NCBI GenBank assembly: GCA_028534125.1
Contig: CM052832.1
Location: 24,182,001-24,246,000 of the forward strand
DNA length: 64,000 bases
Direction: 5' to 3'
Origin: Lama glama
Lineage: Eukaryota
Under the pieces are notes generated by a model. The model had not been told where the DNA came from. It did not search any database and saw nothing but the letters and a program-made list of their open reading frames with translations. Position numbers and translations under genes: made by a program. Below are positions 1 to 12,479 of the stretch, one piece after another (position 1 is the stretch's first letter; each line of letters starts with the position of its first letter).

Positions 1-445
1 TGAAAGTAGAGAAGGAAGAAACACCATTGGTATTATTCTCATTTTTAAACCAGAAGTTCAGCTAATGAAATTATCAACAAGTTGATTAAAAGATATTACT
101 AATGATCACATTAAGAAAGCTGACAAATTCTCAATTTTGATTGACACCACTCAAGGTAAAACTTTGATTGACGTTAATTCAGTCATTCTAATACATGTCT
201 CAGAGCCCATGATAGATAAAATGAACATAAAGTTAAATTCTGGAGAAAATATATTCCATCCTGTTACAGAATATTTTGAAATCAAATAATAGAGCTCTTT
301 AAAAAGTATGTAGGATGTTCAAGTACTGGCACACCCTACATGAAGAGATCACTCAATTGGTTTTTGCCCTGGTTAAAAAAAGAATCTTCTAACCAAGGTC
401 ACATATGGGATTATTAACAAGTCTTAAATCTAGCAATAGAATGGA
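1..445 (+). mobile_element. Decayed hAT-superfamily (Tip100/ZMYM1-like) DNA transposase coding fragment
   Basis: From 110 the frame reads IKKADKFSILIDTTQGKTLIDVNSVILIHV...SGENIFHPVTEYF, matching the hAT first-Asp motif FSxxxDxT. After a frameshift, from 301 it reads KKYVGCSSTGTPYMKRSLNWFLPWLKKESSNQGHIWDY*QVLNLAI, matching the degenerate 'DGAxNM' and 'HxxCxxHxLNL' motifs in the right order. Stops and a frameshift are present. Confidence 0.75.
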
Positions 446-659
446 TAATGGGATGGCAAGGAGGGATATTTCACAGTTTTGACTTAAAATGTCTGAGCAG
501 CACTTATAATAGTGCAACATAAGAGAATTGCTATTTGACACAAACAGCAGGGGACTCCAATCCACTTTCCCAGCGTTATGGAAGCAAGACAGAATTCTAG
601 AAAAGTTGGAGACAGGGCTGTATTGCTGTGAGAGAACCCACTCAAGTAAACAGTGGCTT

Positions 660-1880
660 TTCTTTCCCCCACTCCCAGGTTTATTGAGATATTATTTACA
701 TATAACATTGTGTAAGTTTAAGGTGTACAACATGTTGATTTAATATACTCATATATTGCAAAATGATTACCACCATAGCTAACACTTCCATGTCACATAA
801 TTACCATTTCTTTTTTTGTGGTGAGAACATTTACAATCTCCTCTCTTAGCCACTTTCAAGTATATAATACAGTTCTGTTAACTATAATCACTATGCTGTG
901 CATTAGATCCCCAGAACTTACTCATCTTATAACTGCAAGTTTGTACTCTGACCAATGTCTCCCCCTTTCCCCCACCCACCCAGACCCTGGTAACCAACAT
1001 TCTAATCTCTGGTTCTGTGAGTTTGTCTCTTAAATTCCATATATAAGTGATATTATATGGTATTTTTCTTACTTTGCCTGACTTATTTCACTTAGCATAA
1101 TGCCCTGAAGGTCCATTCATGTCACCAACAGCAAAATTTCCTTCCTTCTTATGGCTGAATAATATTCCATTTTATATACAAATGCCACAATGAACATAGG
1201 AGCACAGATAATGTCTTCAGTATCTTATGGTTATTTCCTTTTAATATATACCTGTAAGTTGATTGCTGGATCATATAGTAGTTCCATTTTTAACTTTTTG
1301 GGGACTCTTAATACTGATTTCTATAGTTACTGTACCAATTTACATTCCCACCAATAGTGCACATTTCTCCACATCCACTGACACTTAACTCTTGTGTTAT
1401 TGATGGTAGTCATTCTAATAGGTATGAGGTGATATCTCAGTGTGGTTTTGATTTGCATTTCCATCATGATTAGTGATGTTGAACACCTCTTCAAATATTA
1501 ACCATCTGTATGTCTTCTTTGGAAAAATGTCTGTTCAGTTTCTCTGTCCAGTTTAAATCAGTGTTTTTTGTTTGTTTGTTTGTTTGTTTGCTATTTAGTT
1601 GTATGAGTTCTTTATATAATTTGGATATTAACCCCTTATCAGGCATATGATTTGCAGAAATTTTTTTCTATTCCGTAGGTTGCCATTTGATTTTGTTGAT
1701 TGTTTCTTTTGCTGTGCAGAAGCTTTTTAGTTTGATATAGTCCCATTTAAGTTTTGTTTTTGCTGTTTGTGCTTTTGGTGTCATATCCAAAAAATAATTG
1801 CCAAGACCAAGATCAAGGAGCTTTCTTCCAATATATTCTTTTAGAAATTTTACAGTTTCAGTTCTTACTTTTAAGTCTTT
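660..1880 (-). mobile_element. L1 (L1MA9-like) 3' UTR and ORF2 C-terminal part, left piece
   Basis: Typical antisense L1MA 3' end (tttattgagatattatttacatataacattgtgtaagtttaaggtgtacaac...), followed by antisense ORF2 sequence (gctgtgcagaagctttttagtttgatatagtcccatt). Confidence 0.9.
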
Positions 1881-2635
1881 CCAATGTGTGTGTGTTTTTC
1901 CACATCACCAGGCAATTCTCTGACACCAGCTGGGTGTCCTACTATTCAGCTCAATTCAATTCTGACACTGTCTACCTGGAGAAAGTATCAGATCTCACAG
2001 GGAAGGGCTCAGTCCTACAAGACTGCCCCCCTTCCCACTTAGATGCCAGTTGCAAGTCCATATTGTCACCTGAGCTTCTGACCAACTGGCTACATATCAG
2101 AAGTTCCAACAACCCCTTCCTGGGTGTGGTTAATTTGCTAGAGTTGCTCTCAGAACTCAGAGAAATATTTTACTTACTAGATTTCCAGTTTATTATAGAA
2201 GGATATAACTCATTTACAGCCAGGTGGAAGAGGGCAAAATCTGGGAAGGGGCTCAGAGCTTCCAGGCCCTCTCACAGTGTGTCACACTCCAAGCACCTCC
2301 ATGTGTTCACCAACATGGAAACTCTCTAAACCCCATCCTTTGGGGGTTTTAAGGAGGCTTCATTACTTAGGCATGATTGATTAAATCATTGGCCATTGTC
2401 CCCCTCCCCGAGGTCTGGGGGTGGGACTGAAATTTCTAACCATTTGGCTGGTTCCCTAGGAAACCAGCCCCATCCTAGGTTACCTTGGGCTTTTCAAGAG
2501 TCACCAAATTAACAAACAAAAGACACTTTTATGACTCCCATCTCTTAAGAAATTCCAAGGGTTTTAGAAACTCTGTGCCAGGAACAGGGCGAAGACCAAA
2601 TATATATAGTTCCTATTATAATTCATAATATCACA
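1881..2635 (-). mobile_element. MER21-family solo LTR inserted into the L1
   Basis: The minus strand begins TGTGATATTATGAATTATAATAGG...TTTGGTCTTCGCCCTGTTCCTGGCACAGAG, like MER21-type LTRs. Flanked by GTCTTT at 1875-1880 and 2636-2641; the L1 sequence is continuous once the insert is removed. Confidence 0.85.
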
Positions 2636-2775
2636 GTCTTTAATCCATATTGAGTTAATCTTTGAATTGTGTAGGCTCAAGGTCTAATTTCATTCTTCTG
2701 TGTGTGGTTTTCCAGTTCTCCCAACACCATTGATTGAGGAGTCTGTCCCTCCCTCAATGAGTATTCTTGGCTCCC
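2636..2775 (-). mobile_element. L1 ORF2 fragment, right piece of the interrupted L1
   Basis: gtctttaatccatattgagttaatc...ttccagttctcccaacaccattgattgagg continues the antisense L1 ORF2 from 1880. Confidence 0.85.
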
Positions 2776-3269
2776 AAAGAGCAGCTTTTCATGCCTCAGG
2801 GTCCAGAAGGGAAAGCCAGCTGAAATTAGTGGATGGGATATTGTTTTGTCTGCAGATATAAAAGATGCTCCCCCAGGGAGGTGCTGGCATTTGATGTTAT
2901 TAAAGAAAGCCTAACTGTTCTGTGACTGCTCTTCTTACTTGGATTCCTCAAATTCTAGGACCCCTCCTCTCTGAGCCGAAGTCTTGGGAGTAGCTTTGAG
3001 TAAGTAGCATAGCAGTAGCTTTTGTTAAGCTTGTGTGGTCATGATCTCTAGCACTGTGCCTGCATTATCCAAGTTCTGTCAAGGAATAAACCTGCAGCAG
3101 GGCTGTGGACAGCAAAATGAAGGATGTTCCTACATGCCCAGGATAAATGGGTCATAACAACCATTTCATTGGCTTAACTGATTCAATCCTTTATAAGGCT
3201 GATTCAGTCAGCTGTGTGGCAATTGGCTGGTTGTGTACCATTAAAAAAAATGAGTGATTCATGTGCTTA

Positions 3270-3360
3270 ATAGATTTCTTCCTTCAGAACAGTATCTTAA
3301 GAGCCTAACACCGTGTCTGGCACAGCATGGCTGCTCCATGAATATTTATGGAATGAATGA
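3270..3360 (+). mobile_element. L2 3' end fragment
   Basis: gcctaacaccgtgtctggcacagc...atatttatggaatgaatga is the typical L2 tail. Confidence 0.6.
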
Positions 3361-3874
3361 GCTCTAAGAAGTCTTAGACAAAGCAGCTTAGTTCCATTCT
3401 CACTACCTGCTGTGCTAAAAGTCTCCTTGGCTGATTCCATATGACACTTAGGAGATCTTTCTTGTTTTTTTATATTACATTTCATCAGTTCCTATTAGAT
3501 TCAAAGAAAAGAAGTTGAAATAGTTCTTTAGCAAATATTTATGGAAACCTACCATGTTCAAGGCACTGCTGGAAAAATAAAATTCTAAGGCAATCTTTTC
3601 CTTACAGTGACTTACAGCTTCAGAGATAAAATAAGTACACACAAATACATTCTTAGAATTATAGACCTCTAATGTATGTATCCACATGCAATTGTATTCC
3701 CAAATTTATATATACAGTACGAAATAAATCCTTCTTTTGTTTAATGCTTCTTATTGTTTACTGTTGAGATTTAAATGACTCTAAGCCCTCCTGGCTATAA
3801 GTGACAGTCTTTTCCCCACAATTTTCCTTACTAAGTGCTTCCTCAAAAGCTCTGGAACTTCTGTGCTGGGTAAT

Positions 3875-4201
3875 TTCCATTTGCCCCTCCTCCAATTATT
3901 CTCTTTCGTCTCGCTGCTCTGAGCCCCCAGAAGCTGACCTCTCCCTTCCCCACCTACTGCGTATCACTCAGGCTCCCCAGTCCATTGGCTTTGGGTTGGG
4001 TTGGGTTGGGCCAATAGAACGTACTGGCAGAAGATGGGGCTGTGGAGAGAAAGAATGGGGTACTTACTCACCCCTCTCCCTCCCTGCCTGGGATCTGTCA
4101 GGACAGCAGCTGCATCTCTCTGGATCACAGATCCTTTCTTGAAACTCAGTACTCCAGTTCACACAAGGCTCTCTCTGGTAACACTATTCATCCTTTGCCT
4201 C
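3875..4201 (+). mobile_element. LTR33-like ERVL LTR, 5' piece
   Basis: gctgacctct...gggttgggccaatagaacgtactggcagaagat...ctccctccctgcc resembles the LTR33 consensus. Confidence 0.7.
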
Positions 4202-4682
4202 TATGATGGTTAATTTTATATGTCAACTGATGGGGCCATGGGGTGCCCAAATATCTGGTTAAACATTTTCTGAGTGTGTCTGTAAGGAGGTTGCAGGAGG
4301 AGATTAACCTTTGAATCAGTAGACTGAGTGAAAGAGATTGCCCCCTCTCCCCTGTGTGGCCGGGCCTCATCCAACCCACTGAAGGCCTGAATAAAATAAA
4401 AGTCTGTGTAAGAGAATTATTTCTCTCTCTGACTGTCTTCGGACTCAGACTTAGACTAGAACTTACACCATAGGCTCTCCTGCTTCTTAGGCTTTTAGAT
4501 CGGGTCTAGGACTCGAACTGATACTCCTGTGTCTCCAGCTTGCCAAGGGCAGATGGTCGAACTTCTTAGCCTCCATATTGTGTGAGCCAAGCCTTTATGA
4601 TGCATACATGCAAACATACATGCATAAATACATATCCTACTGGTTCTGTTTCTCTGGCTAATTTTTCCTTCTGACTAATTCA
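4202..4682 (+). mobile_element. MLT2-family (ERVL) solo LTR nested in LTR33
   Basis: Starts tatgatggttaattttatatgtcaac, contains gaatcagtagactgagtgaaagagattgccc, and ends cctactggttctgtttctctgg...ctgactaattca. Confidence 0.88.
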
Positions 4683-4862
4683 CCCCTTTGGACCTAGAGA
4701 TGGTAACAGCTTCCCAGTGTTGTCAGCCTTTGGGTGCTGCAACATGGCTTTTTGGTTCCTTTAGCAGTGCCCATACCTCTGTAAATAGTCCCTTCAATAA
4801 AGTTTCTCAAAATCCCAGTTGCCTGTGCATCTGTTTCCTGCTAGAATCCAGACTGACAGATG
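4683..4862 (+). mobile_element. LTR33-like ERVL LTR, 3' piece
   Basis: cctagagatggtaacagc...gtaaatagtcccttcaataaa...catctgtttcctgctagaatccagactga matches the LTR33 3' end, including its polyA signal. Confidence 0.75.
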
Positions 4863-6227
4863 CTTATAATTATCTTCTCATTTACCCTACCAGCTGGGAG
4901 GATCCTGGAGTTCAGATTTCTTGAGCTCAGAGATACCTTGAGTCCTGCTCCAAAACTGCTGGCCTCCAGACACTCCCAGCCACTCATCTAGGTTTGTTCA
5001 GCAGTGACCATCTCCCTCCCTCAAGTGAAGTCTGTGTGTCACCTAGAAAATGAAGAATTTGGATAGTTCATCTAATACAATGGAATTCTCCAATATGAGA
5101 GTGCTGGAGAAGCATCTGACGTGGAAAGATTTTATTCTATTTAAATATAGGATGATTTAAAAAAAGAATAAAAAATAAATAAAAATAAAACTTAAAAAAA
5201 TATAGAATGATAACAGGTTACTCATACTGAGGACTGCCTATCCTGTCTTAATCTTTTGTGAAAATAAGATGGTAAGAAGAAAGACCATATGAAGTAGCTG
5301 AAATAATCCTTTTTTATTTTAACTGTGTCTTAGGTACATTATGGATCAGACAGACTTTGGTTCACTGGTTTCATATTCCAGCCATTTTTAATAGCATTAT
5401 TTATTGAAGACATGTATTTTCTTCCAAACAACTGACTTTCACAGTTTTGTTATGAGATTTCTCTGGCATCACAATGATTGGTTTATATATCCAGAGTAGT
5501 TATACTTGTTGTCATAGAAAAATCTTTATCTTATCAGTTTATCTCCCAAGCTATAACCCTGCTAGTATGTAAGGCACTCTAAGTGTTTATTAAATGAATG
5601 AAAGAATGACTGCATGACAGTGAACCTTGAAATGTAACTCATTTGTAGATTGAGAACTACTGAAGCTTGAGTGGCGCAGAGTAATGGGGTAGATTCCTCT
5701 CTCCTTACTATGAAAAGTCCTGCCTCTCACCTCTTCCCAGGTTCTTTCCTACCTGTTGTATGTTGCACTCCTTTGAAATTGATTAGCAGCCCATGAAATT
5801 ACCCAAAATTTCTGTGGTGAGCTGTTCTTTCCCTTCCTGTAGCTGGAAAAACTGCCTTTTACCAGTATATAAGTAAAAGTTTGCAGTTCTCATTTCCTCA
5901 CCTATGAGCATATGATTCACAACGTATCCCCTCTATTCTTCAAATTTCAAACTAAGTTTTCACAGGAGAATTAACAGTTTATGTACCACAGAGAAATCTC
6001 TTTCTTTCTCATTGTTATTATTTATTGTATAGAAGCAAATTGATGACTCGGTGGTGAACCTAAGAATTTTAAGCCCCTGAGCAAACTTTCAGTCCTGAGT
6101 GAGTGGCTTTCCCTGGAAGGTACGGAAAACCAGATAAGGTGAAATCATGGATTCCCTGAAAAGTCTTCTTTAAGTCCAGTGACTAAAAAGCCTGGAATGC
6201 TCTTCATGGCTATCCAGGCGTTGCTAG

Positions 6228-6551
6228 TGTGGCAGGCAGAAAATGGCCCCTAATGATGTCCACGTCTTAATCCTTGAACCTGTGAATACTACTTTATTTG
6301 GCAAAAGAGACTTTGCAGATCTGATTAAGCAAAGGTTCTTGAGATTGGGAGGCTATTCTGGATTATCTAGGTGAACCTGATAGAATCAGAGAAGTCCTTG
6401 TGAGAAGGAGGCAGGAGGATCAAAGGAATAAATGGGACTTAAGCCCCTTTTCAGACTTCTGACTTTGAGAAATGGAAGAGAATAAATCTGCGTTGTTTTA
6501 AGCAATGAAATTTGTGGGAATTTGTTACAGCAGTGGTAGGAAACTAATACA
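6228..6551 (+). mobile_element. MLT1 (MLT1D-like) MaLR solo LTR, internally deleted
   Basis: TG...CA termini (tgtggcaggcagaaaatggcccc ... ggaaactaataca). 5-bp TSD gctag/actag with one mismatch. Confidence 0.88.
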
Positions 6552-7299
6552 ACTAGTAAATAGTAAATAGCAGCTTTCTAATAGCTGCTTGAATATCATT
6601 TTAGAATGAGAGAAGCATTGGTATGAAAAAAAAATGGGCCATATTATTCCTGGCATTTTATAGAGGAAGGAGAGGAAGCTGTTTTACCAAATGATTTTTT
6701 TCAAAATAGGGTTGGGTGATGGGGGCAATGTTTATGCAGGATAGAGAAGAGGTCTCTTGCAATTCTGAAAACACTGACTTGAGGAAAAGAAGTAGATTCC
6801 ACACAGATTGCTCCTTTTTTAGAGACAAGAGGGTTAAGAGGCAGACATGATCTCCTAACCAGCTGTATTATAAACAAAGCTCTACCCTTGAGCTCTTTGA
6901 CCACTTTTATAGAGCATAAATGGCTTACAGTCCTCTCTTAATCATCTGCTCTTTTTAATGGAGAAATCCCATCTCAGTACCTGGTTGTTAGTAGGGTCCC
7001 CTGCCTGGAGAAGACAGGGGATAACCATCTATTATAATTTTTGGTTGGTCAACTGGAAATTTCTCAGCCTCTGGCCATCCAAGCTTTGTAAACTGAGATG
7101 GTGATCTTAGCTACACTACAGATACCTTCAAAAGAATAAAGAATACACTCAGATAAGGACAGCTTCTCTTACAGTTGACCTCTTACAGCAGACAATGCTA
7201 GCTATTGGTTTTAAACTTGCCAACAAGATTTCTTCTCTTAATCCTCTTCTTCTTAGAGCCTGCCTCCTAACCCCAGGTGTAGGGGTGTGAACCAAGCTT

Positions 7300-7635
7300 A
7301 ACTAACAGGGGTCCCTCCCTGGGACTGATATATAGACACTGGAATTGCTGATAGTGACAATAATGCTGGAGCTATCTTCCCACCATGTTGGTTGAGACTG
7401 TTCTTAGCTGACTCCAGACAGAGATGGGTATAAATGAAAGAAAAACAGAGCAGAACAACACTGTGACCTACGGCACTGAGTCCCAGGTGTTAATCTCTAC
7501 ATTCCTGTCCTACAGATTTCTCTTCAACCTTGTGAGCTCCACATTCTTTTCAGCTGCATAAGCCAATTCATTGCCTTTTTGCTTCAGTTAGTTTGAATTG
7601 TGTTTCTGATTCTTTTGACAACTAAATGAGCACTT
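7300..7635 (+). mobile_element. Old MLT1 (K/L/M-like) LTR fragment
   Basis: agccaattcattgcctttttgcttcagttagtttgaattgtgtttctg resembles the 3' end of old MaLR LTRs. Confidence 0.45.
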
Positions 7636-7689
7636 CTGGTTATATTAGAAAATACGTCAGTGTATAAAGGTTAAATTCTATTTCAGTGA

Positions 7690-10421
7690 ATTCCAGAAAA
7701 TCTATTTTGTCATTGGAGCACATACTTTACATAATTCCAAATCTTTTAAAATTTATTAAGACTTGTGTAATGGCCCAGGATATGGTGCATCGTGATTAAT
7801 GCTCCAAGCGCACTTGAAAAGAATGTGGATTCTGCTGGTGTTGCAGGATGGCTTATTCTGTAAACATCAGTTAGGTCAAACTGGTTTAAGAGTGTTGTTT
7901 AAGTCTTCTAAACTGTTTAGAGATTTTCTGCCTGTTTGTCCTGTCAGTTATTAAGAAGTGGTGTTAGAATCCCTGAATATAATTGTGGATTTGCCTATTT
8001 CTTCTTATAATTCTATCAGTTTTCACTTTGTATGTTTTCCACTGTTATGAAGTGGATACACATTTAAGATTCTTATGTCTTTCTCTATGAAATTATCCCT
8101 TAGTTATTATGAAATGTTCCCCTTTATCTTCATAGTATTCCTTGTTCTAAAGTCTGCCATGTTGTATGTTAATATAGCCTATCAATGCAATTTTCTTTCA
8201 ATTAATATTTGGATGGTCTATCTGTTCCATACTTTTACTTTTAACCTGTATGCATCATTATGCTTAAAATGAGCTTCTTACACATAGCATATAGTTAGGT
8301 CTTGCTCTGTGATCCACTCTGACAGTCTCTGCCTTTTCATTGGAGTATATCAAACATTTAAATTTAATGTAATATCGTATCTTACTGGATTTGAATATAT
8401 CACCTTGTTATTTAGTTTCTATTTGTCCTGTATGTTCCAAGTTGCCTTTTTCTTTTCCTGTCTTCTTTTGTATTAACTGAGTATTAGTCAGGATTCCATC
8501 TCCATTATTGCTGTCCTCCTTTGTTGTACTTTTTAGTGTTTGCCCCAAGGTTTTAATACACATCTTTAACTTATCACTGTCTGTTTTCAAGTGCTATGTT
8601 ATCACTTCGTGTATAATGCAACAGCCTCACAATAGTATATTTCCATTTCCACCCTCCTTTCCTTTAGACCACTGTTGTCATACATTTGACTTCTAGATGT
8701 TATCAACCACAAAATATCTTTTACTTATTAATTTTGCATTAAACACTTAGCTTTTAAAGGCACTTTAAAATAATAAAACATTGTCTTTTAAAATTATGCA
8801 CATAGTTTTCATTTCTCACACTTTTTATTCCTTCATTTTTACATAAAAATCCAAATTTTCATCTCATATTAATTTCTTTCCACCTAGAGAAATTTCTTTC
8901 AACTTCTAGTAGTGCAGTACTACTGGTAAAAGGTTTTTCAGTTTCTGTTTTTCTGAAAGGTCTTTATTTGCCTTCATTTTTGAGAGATATTCCTCTGAGT
9001 ATAGAATTCTAGGTTGACAGAATTTTTTCTTTTAATGACTTGCTCCACTGTTGTCTACAGTTGCTTTTTTCTGACAGAAAGTCTACTGTCATCCTTATTT
9101 TATTCTTCTGCACATATTGTGTCTTTTTTTCCCTCCATGCTGCTTTTAGAGTTTTCTCTTTACCATTGGTTTTAAGCAACCTGCTTATAATGTGCCCTGG
9201 TGGTGTTTCCTTCATCTTTCTTCTGCTTGCATTCATTGACCCTCTTGAACCTGTAAGGTTATACTTTTCATCAAGTTTGGGGAAAAAAATCTCGCCAACA
9301 TTTCTTCAAACATTCTCCTATTCCTTCTTTCTCAGTTTTCCTCTGGGACACTGATTACACAAATATCAAACTTCTTGATATCTTCCCACAGATTACTGAG
9401 GCTATATTCACTTTTTTCAGTTCTTAAAAATATATGTGTTTTATTTCAGGAGTTTCCATTGCTGTGTTTCCAAGTTTACCACACTGTCCAATCTGCTGTT
9501 AATTCTATTCACTATAATTTTCATTTCAATTATAGAGTTTTTCATTTCTGGAAGTTTCATTTAGTTCTTTTTTAATCTTTCCTTTCTATACTTGTCATGT
9601 TCATGTTTTTCACAATATCCTTGACCATGTTTATAAGATTTATAATAGCTGTTTTAAGGTCCTTGTCTGCTAATTCCAGCATCCCTGCTATTTCTGAGTT
9701 TGTTTCTATTGATTGATATTTTCTTCTTATTATGGGTCCTATTTCCCTGGCTGCTTTGCATGCCTGTTAGTGTTTTTATTGGATACTAAACATTGTGAAC
9801 TTTGCATTGTTGGGTGCTAGATTGTGTTGTATTCATTTAATGTGGGACATTGTTCTGCGTGCTGTTAAGTAACTGCAGACCAGTTTGAATCTTTCATGGC
9901 TGTTTTTGATAAGCCTCAGAAGACTTTAGACTAGGACTAATTTATCCTCATTGCTAAGGAGAGCCCTTTCTGAACTCTGTACCTAATGCCCATTTATTAC
10001 AAACTCTTTCCCCTCTAATAGATGGGAATGTGCTATTTTTGCAGTCCTAATATAGGTTTGGGGATTTTTCAGCCTACCTTCTGATGGTTTTTTACCAAAA
10101 TTTTTCTGCCAGAAAAAAATTGGGAAGACCTCTCTGCACATCTCTGGAGCAACTTCATCTCTGACTTTCTTAGCAAGACTGCTGGGTTGTATTCAGGTTT
10201 CTCCATCCTGTACTATGGTCTAGAAACTGCCTCCAGGTGAAAAAAACTACAGCAATCACAGGACTCACTCATCTGTTTCCTGCTCTAGAATTCATTGACT
10301 GGCACTCCCTGTTGTCCAATGTCTGAAAACAATTATTTCGTATAATTTATCTGGTTTTCTAGTTGTAACAGCAAGACAGCAAATTCTGTACCAGTTAATC
10401 CTTCACAAGCAGAAGCAGGTT
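7690..10421 (-). mobile_element. 5' half of an old L1 (L1MC/MD-like): 5' UTR, ORF1 and ORF2 endonuclease remnant
   Basis: Minus-strand ORF 9009-9236 (PGHIISRLLKTNGKEKTLKAAWREK...IRMTVDFLSE) is L1 ORF1-like. Around 7750-7840 the minus strand reads AESTFFSSALGALITMHHILGHYTSLNKF, an L1 endonuclease motif. 10250-10421 resembles an L1MC/MD-type 5' terminus. Confidence 0.88.
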
Positions 10422-10708
10422 TTCCCACTATGTTTTGGTTGTGCTGTTTATTTAGTTTTGCCAGTATGGTGATGGTTTTTCTTTTGTGCAGTACATCCAT
10501 TACAGTCAGATATGCAATGAAACTGCCCTCTAATTGCTCTGATCTCAAGGGCTGAAGAGCAGTGGAAGAGAGGGAGGATTAGAGGCTAAGCTTTAGCTCA
10601 GTTTGGATGAATCATTCCATTGCATCAGTCTGAACTGTCTCTTTAAGTAGCTCAGTTTTTGTTTGGATGAGAAAGTAGTGTCCAGTCTTTCCGAGTTCCT
10701 GCATTCCT

Positions 10709-10822
10709 TATGGTAACCAACATGTAGTAGTTTGCCCCCAAAGTGCTCCAGTTTTAGTACTAGAAGTCCTGCATCCTGGGAAACCTCTCAGTTCCAGGGA
10801 AATTGAAACAGCTGGTCACTAC
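10709..10822. mobile_element. MER81-like hAT (Blackjack) MITE
   Basis: Degenerate terminal inverted repeats (tatggtaaccaa ... ctggtcactac) around ccagttttagtactagaagtcctgcatcctgggaaacctctcag. Confidence 0.7.
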
Positions 10823-12139
10823 CTCCCTCCTACTTCTCTCCAAGATGGTATCTGAATGTTGCAGCAGTGGTGTGTTTTTCCTGTCCCTGTGGTTGCAGAG
10901 GAAATATTGCACATGGATCAAGTGAGCGGGGATCCTTACCGGCCACTAGCCAGAACTAGTGAACAGAGATTCAACTGGACCCATTCCTGACTATTCTGCT
11001 GGGGCTGCAGCAACATGTCTAGGGCAGTGGCTGTCTATTAATGAGTTGGCTCTACTTGAGTTCTCACTGGCCCAAGGAACCCATGTGTTCTGTTTGGATG
11101 TGCATCCTTCTCCCAGCCTGAATCATCTGCTGCACAACCTCAAGTGTAGGACCACTGCATGAAGACCCACACTGCCAAGCTCTCCAGATAGCACGCGTAG
11201 CTACCTTTGGCATTTCTCCATAAGGCATGCTGGGAATTCTTTATTTTATCCCCAACCTAGGAGTCCCTGTGGAGCTAACAAAAGGCCCTTTTTTCTACCT
11301 AAACACGTGATGCCCCTGAGTTTAGCTTGATGTGGTCACCCTCAGCTTGCTGTAGGGACAGGCAGTGGATAATCCCCCTCCACGGTCTCAAAAGGGAAGT
11401 GGGTCAAGCTGATCTGTCATCAGCATTTTTCTTAATCTATCTAACGTATCTTCCCAACCTGAAACTTGACCATGGGAAGGACTGGTCAGGATGCACATCT
11501 GACCATTGGGTTTCTTCTACCCCTGGCTCCTTATTCTCTCATCATTCTGGGGGAGCTGAGAGACATGGGATTTTGATTTTCGCTTCCTGTTTATCATATA
11601 CTTCTACTAAAGGCCTCAAGTAGAAACCAAAAGTGACCCACCAGGCATAATTCTTACAATATAAAAGGTTGCAGATTTTTTTTAAATTGTGATGCATTTC
11701 CCTACCAGTATTGCCTAGCTTTCTCGATTTACACCTCAGAAGTTTAATATTAACTCTTCTTATACTCAGCTGTAACATTTAAATTCTTCCCTTACTCTCT
11801 CCATACCCAGCCAAAGGCAAATTCAAAAGAAAAGTCCTATTGTATTTTACAATTACTTATGATTTTCAAAACGTTACCTTTAACCTTCTTTAGTTTTAAA
11901 TGTATTTCTTTAGGAAAGTATTCTTTTGGGTTTTCTTTCTTAAGCTTTTGTCTTTCTATGAGTTTTGTCCTTTATATGTGGACATAATTGATATCCTTGT
12001 CTTACTTCTTTTATTAATATTAAGCTTTCTATGTTTTAGGGCTCCTTGCTATAGTCACCTTAAAAATGTTTTTATTATTATGGATATATTATTGGTTGTG
12101 ATTTGAAAAGTATACATCATACTCTTAGACTTGATAGTA

Positions 12140-12400
12140 CAGTGTTTCCCAAGGTTTCATGACGTGTAAGGGTTTTGTTTTATAAATAAGAATTTTCTCA
12201 TTAAATAAGTTTGGGAAATTCAGGATAATATAAAGTTAAAAATGCTCCTTATTGTAGTTCTTATAACTTATAGTATGTTCATGAATTTTAGGCTCCAAAA
12301 GTAGAATACAGGATATGCCAAATTTATTTGACCACAGAATCTCTTTTTAAACAAACCTTTAGTGAATCAATTGTTCTATAAAAACTGCTTGAGAAATGCT
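12140..12400. mobile_element. Old hAT-Charlie MITE fragment (MER112/113-like)
   Basis: Begins cagtgtttcccaagg, contains atttatttgaccacagaatc, and ends ttgagaaatgct. Confidence 0.45.
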
Positions 12401-12479
12401 ATGCTAGTGATTTCCTAATATTTAAAAAATTTTGTTCCTACATTTATGTAAATATTAATAAGTTGAAAGTATCTCTTGT

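Noticed and set aside
1754..2329. Longest ORF (191 aa) as a protein-coding gene
   Set aside because: It starts at a non-ATG codon and runs antisense through L1 and then the MER21-like LTR; no recognisable domain.
9009..9236. Intact L1 ORF1 or L1TD1-like gene
   Set aside because: Only a 75-aa open stretch inside a decayed L1, with stops and frameshifts around it.
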